From an uncultured Clostridia bacterium (GTDB lineage Bacteria > Bacillota > Clostridia > Lachnospirales > Bianqueaceae), in the NCBI GenBank assembly GCA_937892735.1, contig CALBGL010000066.1:226-64225 (forward strand): a stretch of DNA of 64,000 nucleotides. Direction: 5' to 3'. Every line of letters begins with the position of its first letter. Within the stretch, counting starts at the first letter, position 1. The notes under the pieces are model-generated. The model saw only the letters and a program-made list of their open reading frames with translations, made no database searches and was not told where the DNA came from. The position numbers and the translations under genes are program-made. This document shows positions 55,553 through 64,000 of this stretch, one piece after another.

Positions 55553-56590
55553 TTAGTTTTTCCATTGCATGCCATAACGCTGTACCAGAAGATCCGCCGA
55601 TAACTCTTCTGACTTGCGCTTTCTCTCCATGAGCTCCCCCTTGACCGCCTGTACCGGAAGATTCTCATATAGAATCCGATACACACATTCTGTGATGGGC
55701 ATCTCAACTCCATATCGCTGAATAAATGCCATGGCTGCCTGCGCCGTATACGCACCCTCTACCACCATCTTGACTTCCTGGATGGCCTCCTCCATGGTCT
55801 TACCCTGGCCAATTAAAATCCCGGCTCTGCGGTTTCGGCTATGCATACTGGTACAGGTCACAATCAGGTCTCCGACCCCACTGAGCCCATTGAAGGTATG
55901 AAAATCCGCGCCCATGGCCATGCCCAGCCGCGCCATCTCTGCGATTCCTCTTGTCATCAGCGCCGCCTTGGTATTATCCCCGTAACCCATTCCATCGGAA
56001 ATCCCACAGGCCAGCGCTATGACATTCTTCAATGCGCCGCCCAGTTCCACGCCGATGAGATCCGGATTGGTATAGACTCTGAAATACTCGTTCATAAACA
56101 GATTCTGTGTCTGCTCCGCAGCTGCCCTGGAATGCGATGCAGCCACTACGGACGTAGGAATCCTACGGGATACTTCTTCCGCGTGAGATGGTCCGGAGAG
56201 AACCACGACCGGATTCTTCGGACAAATCTCAGAAATCACCTCTGCCAGTGTCTTTAACGTATCCGATTCCAGCCCTTTGGCCACATTGATGAGCAGCATC
56301 GAAGGCTGCAAGTATTCTTGAATGCTCTCCATCGTGGATCGCATATAGCGAGAAGGTGTGGCCAGAACAACCGCTTCTGCGCCTTGCAGCGCCTCTTCCG
56401 CCTGGTTCGTAATCTGAATCGCCTGCGGAATCTTCACTCCCGGCAGAAATGCCTTATGTTCCCGGTCTTTTTGAAGCACTTCGCATTCCTCGGCCGAATA
56501 GGACCACAGTCTCACATCCTGTCCATTTTCACACAATAGAATGGATAATGCCGTGCCCCAGCTGCCGGATCCCATCACTGCCACTCTCAT
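55553..56590 (-). CDS. gpsA: NAD(P)H-dependent glycerol-3-phosphate dehydrogenase
   Basis: MGSGSWGTALS...GPSHAEEV...GALKNVIA...SRN...G motifs. Confidence 0.93.
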   Translation of the reverse strand: MRVAVMGSGSWGTALSILLCENGQDVRLWSYSAEECEVLQKDREHKAFLPGVKIPQAIQITNQAEEALQGAEAVVLATPSRYMRSTMESIQEYLQPSMLLINVAKGLESDTLKTLAEVISEICPKNPVVVLSGPSHAEEVSRRIPTSVVAASHSRAAAEQTQNLFMNEYFRVYTNPDLIGVELGGALKNVIALACGISDGMGYGDNTKAALMTRGIAEMARLGMAMGADFHTFNGLSGVGDLIVTCTSMHSRNRRAGILIGQGKTMEEAIQEVKMVVEGAYTAQAAMAFIQRYGVEMPITECVYRILYENLPVQAVKGELMERKRKSEELSADLLVQRYGMQWKN

Positions 56591-57225
56591 TTCTTGTCAC
56601 CATCCTCCTGATGAATCACAACTTTTTGCCCCATTTTACGTTCTGTACCTGCGAGCAGCCTCTGAATGTTCGCGCGATGTCTCCAATAGATCATGACCGT
56701 AAAGAATAGGGAAAGCAACAAAATCTCAACGCCATGTGGCCCTCCCAAATAGAACACTGCCGTACACAGCGGGAAAATAGTGACAAACAGCAGCGATGCA
56801 ATCGACATATACTTCGTCACCGCCAAAGCTAACAGCGCAGGAACTCCTGCAATCAGAAGAATCCGCCAATCCATGCATGCCATGATACCAATGGTCACCG
56901 CAACGCCTTTGCCACCGCGAAATCCCATATAAAACGGGAAATTATGTCCCAGCACAGCACCCACACCGGTAAAAAGCAACAAGTGTTTCTGATCATATCC
57001 AAAGATGAGCGCTGCCACAATCATGGCCGCAATCCCTTTTAGGATATCGCCCGCCATACAGGCAAGCCCGACTCTCGTCCCTAAGACCCGAATCGCATTC
57101 GTCGCTCCCGAGTTCCCGCTGCCATAATCTCTAATATCAATGTGCTTGGTCAGGCGCCCGACGATATAAGCCGTCTGAATACAGCCAAATGCATATCCCA
57201 ATACCATACACCATATGCGTTCCAA
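56587..57225 (-). CDS. plsY: glycerol-3-phosphate acyltransferase (acyl-phosphate dependent)
   Basis: GSGN.GATN..R..G...GD.LKG...HNFP....F.GGKGVA motifs. The start is uncertain; TTG 57225 (SD GGGGGGA) is proposed, with ATG 57207 as the alternative. Confidence 0.85.
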   Translation of the reverse strand: MERIWCMVLGYAFGCIQTAYIVGRLTKHIDIRDYGSGNSGATNAIRVLGTRVGLACMAGDILKGIAAMIVAALIFGYDQKHLLLFTGVGAVLGHNFPFYMGFRGGKGVAVTIGIMACMDWRILLIAGVPALLALAVTKYMSIASLLFVTIFPLCTAVFYLGGPHGVEILLLSLFFTVMIYWRHRANIQRLLAGTERKMGQKVVIHQEDGDKK

Positions 57226-57241
57226 CTCCAAATCCCCCCGC

Positions 57242-58573
57242 TTAGAATCTTTCTTCCAATACACCGCGCTCTCGGATGATAAACTTCAGCGGAGTTCCTT
57301 CAAAGCCGAAGTTCTCCCGCAGCCGGTTCTCAATGTAGCGCGTATATGAGTAGTGCATCAGTTCCTTACTATTGACAAATACCACAAATGTAGGGGGCTT
57401 GACCCCGACCTGAGTCATATAGTAGATCTTCAGACGTTTTCCCTTATCCGAAGGCGGCTGATTCACAGCCATTGCCTCATACAACACATCGTTCAAGACT
57501 CCTGTAGGAATCCGTTTGCAATGGCTCTCTGCCACCTGATCCACCAATTCAAAGAGTTTCGTCACACGCTGTCCCGTCTTAGCGGAAATAAAAATCTTCT
57601 GGGAATAGGGCATGAAGCTGAGTACCTGGTTGACCTGCTCTATAAATCGGTAGATGGTCTTATCGTCCTTTTCCACCGCATCCCACTTATTCACAGCTAC
57701 AATGGCGGCCTTTCCATTATCATGAGCCAACCCCGCGATCTTCGCGTCCTGCTCCGTAATCCCTTCTTCTGCGTCGATCATGATGACCGCCACATCGGCT
57801 CTCTCCACTGCCGAGACCGCCCGAATCACAGAAAACCGCTCGATATCCTCGTTGACCTTGCTCCTGCGGCGAATCCCCGCCGTATCAATAAACACGTACT
57901 TCTTCCCCTGATATTCCACCAGCGTGTCAATCGCATCCCGCGTGGTTCCCGCAATATCGCTGACAATCACGCGTTCCTCTCCCAACAGACGATTGATCAG
58001 AGAAGATTTTCCTGCATTCGGCTTCCCGATGACGGCCACTTTCAGGATCTCGTCTTCCTCGCCTTCGTTTTCGTCCCCTTTAGGAAAATACTGAACGACC
58101 TCATCCAGCAGGTCTCCGACACCCTTACCCTGTTCCGCAGATAAGGGCATGGGATCTCCCAGTCCCAGTGAATAAAACTCATAGATCGGGGTCAGATCCG
58201 TCATGCTATCCATCTTGTTGACAGCCACCACCACTGGTTTATGACTGCGCCGCAGCATGTTTCCCACTTCCATATCCGCATCTGTCAGGCCAGCCTTCGA
58301 ATCCGTCACAAAAATAATCACATCCGCCGTCTCGATCGCGAGCTCCGCCTGCGCCCGCATGTATTTCAACAAAACATCATCTGTCTTCGGTTCGATCCCC
58401 CCCGTATCCACAATCCGGAACGCATAACTTAACCACTCTGCATCCGCGTAGATGCGGTCTCTGGTCACACCCGGCGTGTCTTTCACAATCGACAAGCGTT
58501 TGCCAGCTAGTTTATTAAATAACGTGGATTTTCCCACATTGGGTCTTCCCACCACTGCTACAATCGGTTTCAT
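57242..58573 (-). CDS. der: ribosome biogenesis GTPase Der (EngA)
   Basis: Two tandem GTPase domains (GRPNVGKST...DTGG; GKPNAGKSS...DTAG) plus a KH-like C-terminus. Confidence 0.93.
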   Translation of the reverse strand: MKPIVAVVGRPNVGKSTLFNKLAGKRLSIVKDTPGVTRDRIYADAEWLSYAFRIVDTGGIEPKTDDVLLKYMRAQAELAIETADVIIFVTDSKAGLTDADMEVGNMLRRSHKPVVVAVNKMDSMTDLTPIYEFYSLGLGDPMPLSAEQGKGVGDLLDEVVQYFPKGDENEGEEDEILKVAVIGKPNAGKSSLINRLLGEERVIVSDIAGTTRDAIDTLVEYQGKKYVFIDTAGIRRRSKVNEDIERFSVIRAVSAVERADVAVIMIDAEEGITEQDAKIAGLAHDNGKAAIVAVNKWDAVEKDDKTIYRFIEQVNQVLSFMPYSQKIFISAKTGQRVTKLFELVDQVAESHCKRIPTGVLNDVLYEAMAVNQPPSDKGKRLKIYYMTQVGVKPPTFVVFVNSKELMHYSYTRYIENRLRENFGFEGTPLKFIIRERGVLEERF

Positions 58574-59895
58574 ATTAACTCCTTCTTTAAACAACTTACT
58601 ATCTTATGCACAAAATCCTTTCCAGATGATTTTACTATATCTATGGGCGTCTGTAAAGCTTTTTTCAGATCCTCTACGGATACATCATCCAGCAGGATTT
58701 CCTCATCCGCCTTCAGAAGATTCTCCGGCAACAGGAGCAGCTTGCCCAGTTCCTTTCCTGTAAGCTGCGCCCGAATATCCTGGCCGGTTAAGAGACCCGT
58801 TACCGTGATCCGCTCTCCAAAAAAGTCATTACGAATACAATGTACATGCACCTCGCCGCCCTGCATCCTGGCCAGAATCTGTTCTGTAATCTTTTTGATA
58901 TACCCATACGCACTGACCGCTGTCACCAGGCTCACCAGACCATATCCTCGGGTTCCCTCCGGAATCTGACAGATCTCCTCCTGCGCTTCATCCCAAAACA
59001 GCCGCATCATGCCCACACCGTTTTCGATCTGGAGGTATCCATCATAGGCTTCCTCTTCCGGCAGTTCTTCCTCCGCGAGAATATAGAACTCATCGGACAG
59101 ATGCACAAAATGCAGGCCCGTATTCTGATAGAACTTTTTCCGCCACGGTTCTACCTGCCGGATCAACGCTCTGGCGTCTTCCTTCGTAAAGGGCTCCAAC
59201 GGGTACAGTCCTTCCCGATATCGACTGAGCCCCACAGGTACAATCGACAGGCTTTGCATCGCCGGTACATACGGCTCCAGATCCCGCAGTGTCCGTTCCA
59301 ATTCCTCTCCATCATTGATCCCTTTACAAAGGACAATCTGCCCATTCAGGACGATACCCGCTTCCGCCAGTCGCCCTATGTGCCGCATGATCTCGGCTGC
59401 TTTTGGGTTTTTCAGCATCTTGACACGCAACTCCGGATTCGTAGTATGGATCGACAGATTGATGGGCGACATATGATAGCGGATCGTCCGCTCTATGTCT
59501 TCTTCTTTCATATTTGTCATCGTGATATAGTTCCCATTCAGAAAAGAAAGGCGGGAATCATCATCCTTGAAATAGAGCGTAGGACGCATCCCTTTGGGCA
59601 TCTGATCAATGAAGCAGAAGATACAGCGATTGTGACAGTGCTGATAGGTACCCATAAAAGGATCCTCAAACACAAGTCCCAGATCCTCCTTTTCCTCCTT
59701 TTCGATCTCCGCTTCCCATACTTCTCCCTGATGGTCCCGTATCTTCAGGGTCAACTCCTCTGCTGTCGTATAAAAATAATAATCCAGCACGTCTTTGATC
59801 CTGTGTCCGGAAATCTCCAGCAAGACATCTCCTGGTACAATCCCCAGTTCTTCTCCAATACTATGCGCAATGACTCTCTCGATCTTCTGTTCCAT
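58570..59895 (-). CDS. DUF512 protein (PDZ plus radical-SAM-like domain)
   Basis: N-terminal PDZ-like GDVLLEI.G, the motif [12 protein letters not shown], and the conserved position upstream of der in Clostridia (from memory). Confidence 0.75.
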   Translation of the reverse strand: MEQKIERVIAHSIGEELGIVPGDVLLEISGHRIKDVLDYYFYTTAEELTLKIRDHQGEVWEAEIEKEEKEDLGLVFEDPFMGTYQHCHNRCIFCFIDQMPKGMRPTLYFKDDDSRLSFLNGNYITMTNMKEEDIERTIRYHMSPINLSIHTTNPELRVKMLKNPKAAEIMRHIGRLAEAGIVLNGQIVLCKGINDGEELERTLRDLEPYVPAMQSLSIVPVGLSRYREGLYPLEPFTKEDARALIRQVEPWRKKFYQNTGLHFVHLSDEFYILAEEELPEEEAYDGYLQIENGVGMMRLFWDEAQEEICQIPEGTRGYGLVSLVTAVSAYGYIKKITEQILARMQGGEVHVHCIRNDFFGERITVTGLLTGQDIRAQLTGKELGKLLLLPENLLKADEEILLDDVSVEDLKKALQTPIDIVKSSGKDFVHKIVSCLKKELI

Positions 59896-59909
59896 AGTCC
59901 ACCTTCTTC

Positions 59910-60734
59910 CTAGATCAATTCCAAAATGGCCGCCATTCGTCCCGGAGACTTGGTCTTCCGATAAGAATGGAACACATCGCTATGGCAAGCTGTACACAGG
60001 TCTGTCACCGTGATATGTTCCGGCAGGACTCCCTCCGAAAGCATCGTTTGACGATTGGCCTCCCAGAGATCCACATAGAACTTTCCGCTGGACTTGGCTG
60101 GCCGAATCAGTTCGGCCCTGTGGTCTGCAAAGGCTGCTTCAAACTGCTTTTCCACATCCTCTCCCACCTCAAAACAGCAGGGACCAATCGAAGGCCCGAT
60201 CGCCGCCAGCAGGTCTGCTGGATCCGAGCCAAAGTCCTCTTGCATTCTTCGGATCATCTTGGCTCCGATTTTCCCCACGGTTCCTCTCCATCCTGCATGC
60301 GCCAATCCAATCGCTTTGTGGCGAGGATCCAGAAAGAACAAAGGTACACAGTCCGCATGAATCGTCACCAGCCCTACCTGGGACCGATCCGTAATCAATC
60401 CGTCGATAGCTTCCATCTCCCGAGGAAATACCACGCCCTTTCCCCGATCCAGCACGCCTACTCTCAGAATCTCCGTTCCATGAACCTGTGCGGATACCAC
60501 CAGATTCCCCGGAAAGCTTCCAATAGCATACGCGATCTTCTCATAGTTTCTACGTACGTTCTCGGGTACATCTGCCCCAGAGATTCCTAAGTTCATTCCA
60601 TAGGGTTCCGGACTCACACCCCCTAACCGGGTTGTGAAACAATGCCTCACCAGTCCTGTCTTTTCAAATGCGGGAATCGTGATATAACAAAGCTCCCCTT
60701 CTGTCTGTACCGTCAAGTTTTTACTTTCGAGCAT
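59910..60734 (-). CDS. pgeF: peptidoglycan editing factor PgeF (YfiH/DUF152 family)
   Basis: ...QVHG......HADCVPLFF.DP....IG.AHAGWRGT...C...C motifs. Confidence 0.85.
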   Translation of the reverse strand: MLESKNLTVQTEGELCYITIPAFEKTGLVRHCFTTRLGGVSPEPYGMNLGISGADVPENVRRNYEKIAYAIGSFPGNLVVSAQVHGTEILRVGVLDRGKGVVFPREMEAIDGLITDRSQVGLVTIHADCVPLFFLDPRHKAIGLAHAGWRGTVGKIGAKMIRRMQEDFGSDPADLLAAIGPSIGPCCFEVGEDVEKQFEAAFADHRAELIRPAKSSGKFYVDLWEANRQTMLSEGVLPEHITVTDLCTACHSDVFHSYRKTKSPGRMAAILELI

Positions 60735-60749
60735 AACCCGCCTCCTCTA

Positions 60750-61103
60750 TTAAAACGCATTCCGCAGCCATCGAATGTACAGTTGTTCTCCCTGCTTTAA
60801 CAATTCAATCACATCGAATCGAATCGGCCTGTCCAGGTCTCCCATCTGCTTGCAATACCACAGCGCGCTGCGCCGAATCCGCATCTGCTTTCGCACATCC
60901 ACCGCCTCTCCCGGAAATCCATACACAGTGGACGCACGATACTTCACTTCTCCAAAAACCAGATCCTCTCCATGCTGATAAATCAGATCCACTTCTCCAT
61001 ACACCGTTCGAAACTGCCTTTCCAGAATCCTGCAGCCCTGGTTTTCCAACCAGCGAGACGCCACAAACTCCATTCGATTCCCCAGGTCTCGCTGATTTCT
61101 CAT
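60750..61103 (-). CDS. yraN: YraN family (UPF0102) endonuclease-like protein
   Basis: G...E..A..WL...G..IL..N.R...GE.DLI.......VF.EVK.R pattern. ATG overlaps the rnhB stop by 4 nt. Confidence 0.85.
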   Translation of the reverse strand: MRNQRDLGNRMEFVASRWLENQGCRILERQFRTVYGEVDLIYQHGEDLVFGEVKYRASTVYGFPGEAVDVRKQMRIRRSALWYCKQMGDLDRPIRFDVIELLKQGEQLYIRWLRNAF

Positions 61104-61753
61104 TCTACAAAATGCCCGATGAAGGTGCGCCGATGCAGTGGACACGGACCATACTGACGCAGCGCCGCAATGTGCTGTGCCGATCCATACCCCTTATTGG
61201 AAGCGAATCCATATTGAGGGTAGATCTCATCCATCTCCCGCATCCACTGATCCCGGGTTTCCTTCGCCACGATACTGGCGGCTGCGATGGAAACGCTGGC
61301 TCCATCCCCTTTGATAATCGACCGCTGCGGCAGAAGAACCTCCTCCAGATGCACCGCGTCGATTAAAAGCGCTTCCGCCTGCGGCCGCAACGCCTCCACC
61401 GCCAGCTTCATCGCCTGTTTGGTCGCCTGCAGAATATTCACACAATCAATGGTTTCCACATCGACAGTCCCTACTGCCCAGGCAATCGCCTTTTCTTGGA
61501 TCTCTTCAAAGAGCGCTGCCCGCCGGAGGGGCGTCAGCTTTTTAGAATCATCGACCCCCGGAATCACCAGCTTTTCATCCGACGGCAGAATCACAGCGCC
61601 CGCCATCACGGGCCCCGCCAGCGGTCCTCTGCCCACTTCATCCACCCCCGCGATCAGTTGATACCCTTCAGCCCGAAGTGTATTTTCAAACCGACTCATC
61701 TCGTGGTACTGCTTGATCTTCTCCTCCAGTGTTTTTCTCGGCACTTCTCTCAT
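61100..61753 (-). CDS. rnhB: ribonuclease HII
   Basis: [16 protein letters not shown]...DDSKKL...ASI.AK motifs. The start is uncertain (61753 or 61699); both overlap the ylqF end. Confidence 0.9.
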   Translation of the reverse strand: MREVPRKTLEEKIKQYHEMSRFENTLRAEGYQLIAGVDEVGRGPLAGPVMAGAVILPSDEKLVIPGVDDSKKLTPLRRAALFEEIQEKAIAWAVGTVDVETIDCVNILQATKQAMKLAVEALRPQAEALLIDAVHLEEVLLPQRSIIKGDGASVSIAAASIVAKETRDQWMREMDEIYPQYGFASNKGYGSAQHIAALRQYGPCPLHRRTFIGHFVE

Positions 61754-62612
61754 CCTCCGGTACTTCCAGTGTGATACGTCCTATCTTCCCGTTTCGAAAC
61801 TCGTCCAAAATGACTCTTGCGGTTCGTTCCCAATCAATGTGGCCTCCACTCACACGATGTCCCCGATGAGCTCCGATCGACAACAACAACTGTTCATTAT
61901 TCTCTTGTATCTCTTCTGCTGTAAGTTTATACCGCTCTCGCAGTAACTCTCCATACTCCTCCCGCAGAAGCCCAATGAGCAGAACCGCCACCGTATATGC
62001 ATCCAAATTCTCGGCTTTAATGGAACCGATACAAGCGATTCTTTCTCCAATTTTAGGATCCTCGAATTTAGGCCAGAGCATCCCCGGCGTATCCAACAGC
62101 TCGATCCCGCCCCGCAGACGAATCCATTGTTTGGCCCGTGTGACTCCCGGCTTATTGCCGGTCTTGGCCGCTTCTTTCCTTCCTATGATTCGATTAATCA
62201 CCGTGGATTTTCCCACATTGGGAATCCCAGTAATCATCAGGCGCAACGCCCGTTCCTGCCGTCCTTTTGCCGCTTCCTTCTGAATCTTCTCCTGGCATAA
62301 TCGTTTAGCCATGGGCCCAATCTGCGCGATCCCCGTTCCATGCAACGCATCCAAAAGGACAACTCCATACCCCTGCGCCTCATACCATCTCTTCCAAAGC
62401 TCTGTCTTCGCAGGATCCGCCAGGTCTGTCTTATTCAACGCCAAAATCCTGGGACGTCTCCTCCATAGTTCATCTAGATAAGGATTCTTACTACTGTAGG
62501 GAATCCGCGCATCCACTACTTCGACTATCGCGTCTACCAAGGCGATATTTTCTTCCATCATCTTCCGAGTTTTGGCCATATGCCCCGGAAACCACTGTAT
62601 TTCCATTCTCAT
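61686..62612 (-). CDS. rbgA: ribosome biogenesis GTPase A (YlqF/RbgA)
   Basis: Circularly permuted GTPase: [10 protein letters not shown]...LNK.DLA...[11 protein letters not shown]...DTPG. Confidence 0.92.
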   Translation of the reverse strand: MRMEIQWFPGHMAKTRKMMEENIALVDAIVEVVDARIPYSSKNPYLDELWRRRPRILALNKTDLADPAKTELWKRWYEAQGYGVVLLDALHGTGIAQIGPMAKRLCQEKIQKEAAKGRQERALRLMITGIPNVGKSTVINRIIGRKEAAKTGNKPGVTRAKQWIRLRGGIELLDTPGMLWPKFEDPKIGERIACIGSIKAENLDAYTVAVLLIGLLREEYGELLRERYKLTAEEIQENNEQLLLSIGAHRGHRVSGGHIDWERTARVILDEFRNGKIGRITLEVPEDERSAEKNTGGEDQAVPRDESV

Positions 62613-62641
62613 TTCCTTTCCGATATCACTGACTACATATG

Positions 62642-62676
62642 AAAAGGGGGGTGTTGCAAACGCTGCAACAACCCCC
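62642..62676 (-). terminator. intrinsic terminator after lepB
   Basis: Reverse strand shows GGGGGTTGTTGCAGCGTTTGCAACACCCCCC followed by TTTT. Confidence 0.75.
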
Positions 62677-62753
62677 GCGAATCCTTCTTGCCGGTGCGGA
62701 ACACACGGTATTTCGGCAAATCAGCGCATCTTGAATCTACGAACTTGGTTCTA

Positions 62754-63650
62754 TCATTGCACAAAGCCGATTCTATCGAGCGGCCAGAACCGTATCGATG
62801 CCTTCCCCACGATCTGATCTTTAGAAACCGCTCCTACCTCACTAAAACGGCTATCCTTACTATTCGCCCTATTATCTCCCATCACAAAATAGGAATCCTC
62901 CGGTACCAGGAACGGATACGAAATATCCCCCGAGATCTCTGTGGACATTTCCAAATACTTCGATTCATCATAAGCCGTTCCATTGATATACACCATGCCA
63001 TCCATGATCTCGATCGTATCGCCAGGAAGACCAATGACACGCTTAATCAGATATTCTTCCCCCTGTATCGGATCGTCATACGTGAACACAATAATATCGC
63101 CTCGTTGTGGCTCTGTGAACCGATAAATGAACTTATTCATCAGAATCATTTCGCCATTCTCCAGCGTAGGCGCCATGGAACTGCCATATACCGTACTGTT
63201 TTGCGCAACAAACGTCAGAAGCAACCATACCAGAACCAGGGCTATGATGATCTCCTTACTCCATACCAGAACGCCCTTCACAATATTCCAAGTACGTCTG
63301 ACTGAAGAGACGGGCACCTCGCTCTCCGTCGTCTGAGTTTTAGCAGAATCCTTTGCTGCCGATGACTTCTGCGGCTTATCCTTTTGTTTGACCTCCTGCG
63401 CCTTAGAGAAGGCATTGGACATAGTCAGGTTGGGGTGTTTCGCCGCATCCGACTCCGGTAACGGGGGAAGCCCCATATCATCTACGAAAAAAGAATCCAG
63501 CTGGTCATTCTCTTCCTTCTTACTCTGTTTGGAAACAGGAGTCTCCGCAGACCCCTCCGTCATCTGATTGAAGTCAAATTCCAGAAGCTCTGACAGGTTC
63601 TTTGTATCCCGACCCTCGTTCTGGCTTCGTTTTTCTTTCTGATTCTCCAT
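62754..63650 (-). CDS. lepB: signal peptidase I with a long N-terminal extension
   Basis: Catalytic motifs GSSMAPTL and ...YLIKRVIGLPGD...GDNR..S.DSR. About 120 charged, disordered residues precede the TM helix. Confidence 0.88.
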   Translation of the reverse strand: MENQKEKRSQNEGRDTKNLSELLEFDFNQMTEGSAETPVSKQSKKEENDQLDSFFVDDMGLPPLPESDAAKHPNLTMSNAFSKAQEVKQKDKPQKSSAAKDSAKTQTTESEVPVSSVRRTWNIVKGVLVWSKEIIIALVLVWLLLTFVAQNSTVYGSSMAPTLENGEMILMNKFIYRFTEPQRGDIIVFTYDDPIQGEEYLIKRVIGLPGDTIEIMDGMVYINGTAYDESKYLEMSTEISGDISYPFLVPEDSYFVMGDNRANSKDSRFSEVGAVSKDQIVGKASIRFWPLDRIGFVQ

Positions 63651-63714
63651 ACTATTCCCCTTTACACCGCCCCGTAGGGTCTCTTACGATTCTGTTTTCT
63701 ACAGAATATATACG

Positions 63715-63746
63715 AAAAAGGACATTTGTCTATGGACAAACGCCCC
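63715..63746 (-). terminator. intrinsic terminator after rplS
   Basis: Reverse strand shows GGGGCGTTTGTC-CATA-GACAAATGTCC followed by TTTTT. Confidence 0.65.
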
Positions 63747-63860
63747 TAGACTTTTCTCCATGGATAAATGTCCTGGTTGTATACGATCCCGCTGTAAAGA
63801 CCGAAACGGGCAGAATATATAGCATCCCACCCGTTTACTTTACAAGCTTTCGCCAAAGGC

Positions 63861-64000
63861 TCAGATCTTCTCCTTAACCTTTGCAGCCTTACCCACGCGA
63901 TCACGCAGATAAAACAGTTTTGCTCTACGAACAGAACCTTTGCGAACCACCTCGATTTTATCAATCGTGGGAGAGTGCAGCGGCCAGGTCTTCTCCACAC
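63861..64000 (-). CDS. rplS: 50S ribosomal protein L19, C-terminal part (gene starts beyond the window end)
   Basis: Hand translation of the reverse strand gives ...[45 protein letters not shown]. It is missing from the ORF track because it has no start codon inside the window. Confidence 0.88.
   Translation of the reverse strand, partial: VEKTWPLHSPTIDKIEVVRKGSVRRAKLFYLRDRVGKAAKVKEKI

Noticed and set aside
53886-55700. T-box leaders upstream of gltX and cysE, searched for via the GGTGG.ACCGCG motif on the reverse strand.
   Set aside because: gltX starts 15 nt after gpsA, and the cysE upstream region has only a promoter and a terminator. No T-box sequence is present.
63746-64000. 84-aa minus-strand ORF from the track at the window end.
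   Set aside because: A different minus-strand frame over 63861-64000 encodes an unmistakable L19 C-terminus. The listed ORF is an off-frame artefact spanning the rplS terminator region.
1-64000. Mobile elements, integrases, tRNA/rRNA genes and CRISPR arrays.
   Set aside because: None of the ORF translations shows transposase, integrase or recombinase motifs. No intergenic region is long enough or shaped like a tRNA/rRNA gene, apart from the two T-box leaders, and no regular repeat-spacer array was seen.

Overview
Every gene I can support (about 62 protein genes, the two at the edges truncated) lies on the minus strand. The content looks like a Firmicutes/Clostridia chromosome: T-box leaders, GGAGG-type Shine-Dalgarno sites, a cysE-mrnC-rlmB-sigH block and an rplS-lepB-ylqF-rnhB block. 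In transcription order (high to low coordinates) the window holds: rplS(partial)-lepB-ylqF-rnhB-yraN-pgeF-DUF512-der-plsY-gpsA-gltX; a YesL-like membrane protein and a D-lyxose isomerase-like cupin; xpt plus a MazG/PRA-PH-like NTP pyrophosphohydrolase; alr coupled to an ATP-grasp gene; a PanT-like ECF S-component and coaX; a MacB-type efflux module with two membrane-fusion proteins; an SNF2 helicase; a five-gene Opp/Dpp-like ABC importer in which the binding protein, one permease and both ATPases are much longer than usual; DUF3899; cysE-mrnC-rlmB-sigH followed by an AgrC-like kinase and a LytTR regulator; NfeD-SPFH; a Trp T-box leader with trpEGDCFBA, an aminotransferase and an S1-domain protein; yceD-rpmF; hisZGDCBAHFI; a small A+T-richer insert (judged by eye) with a lipoprotein and a small secreted protein; and a Tyr T-box leader with hisE-tyrA-aroA-aroC(partial). 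I saw no rRNA or tRNA genes, CRISPR arrays, transposases or prophage genes. The observations most worth a second look are: (1) three tandem ~104-nt repeats with compensatory stem changes in the xpt leader, where a guanine riboswitch would be expected; (2) the oversized Opp-like importer, especially a ~380-aa helical insertion in OppD; (3) a membrane-fusion protein with a ~330-aa acidic and globular insertion at the tip of its coiled-coil hairpin; (4) the alr/ATP-grasp coupling; (5) hisE sitting under a Tyr-specific T-box; (6) two tandem 75-bp palindromic repeats in the gltX/yesL-like spacer. All family assignments come from reading motifs in the supplied translations; no database search was run.
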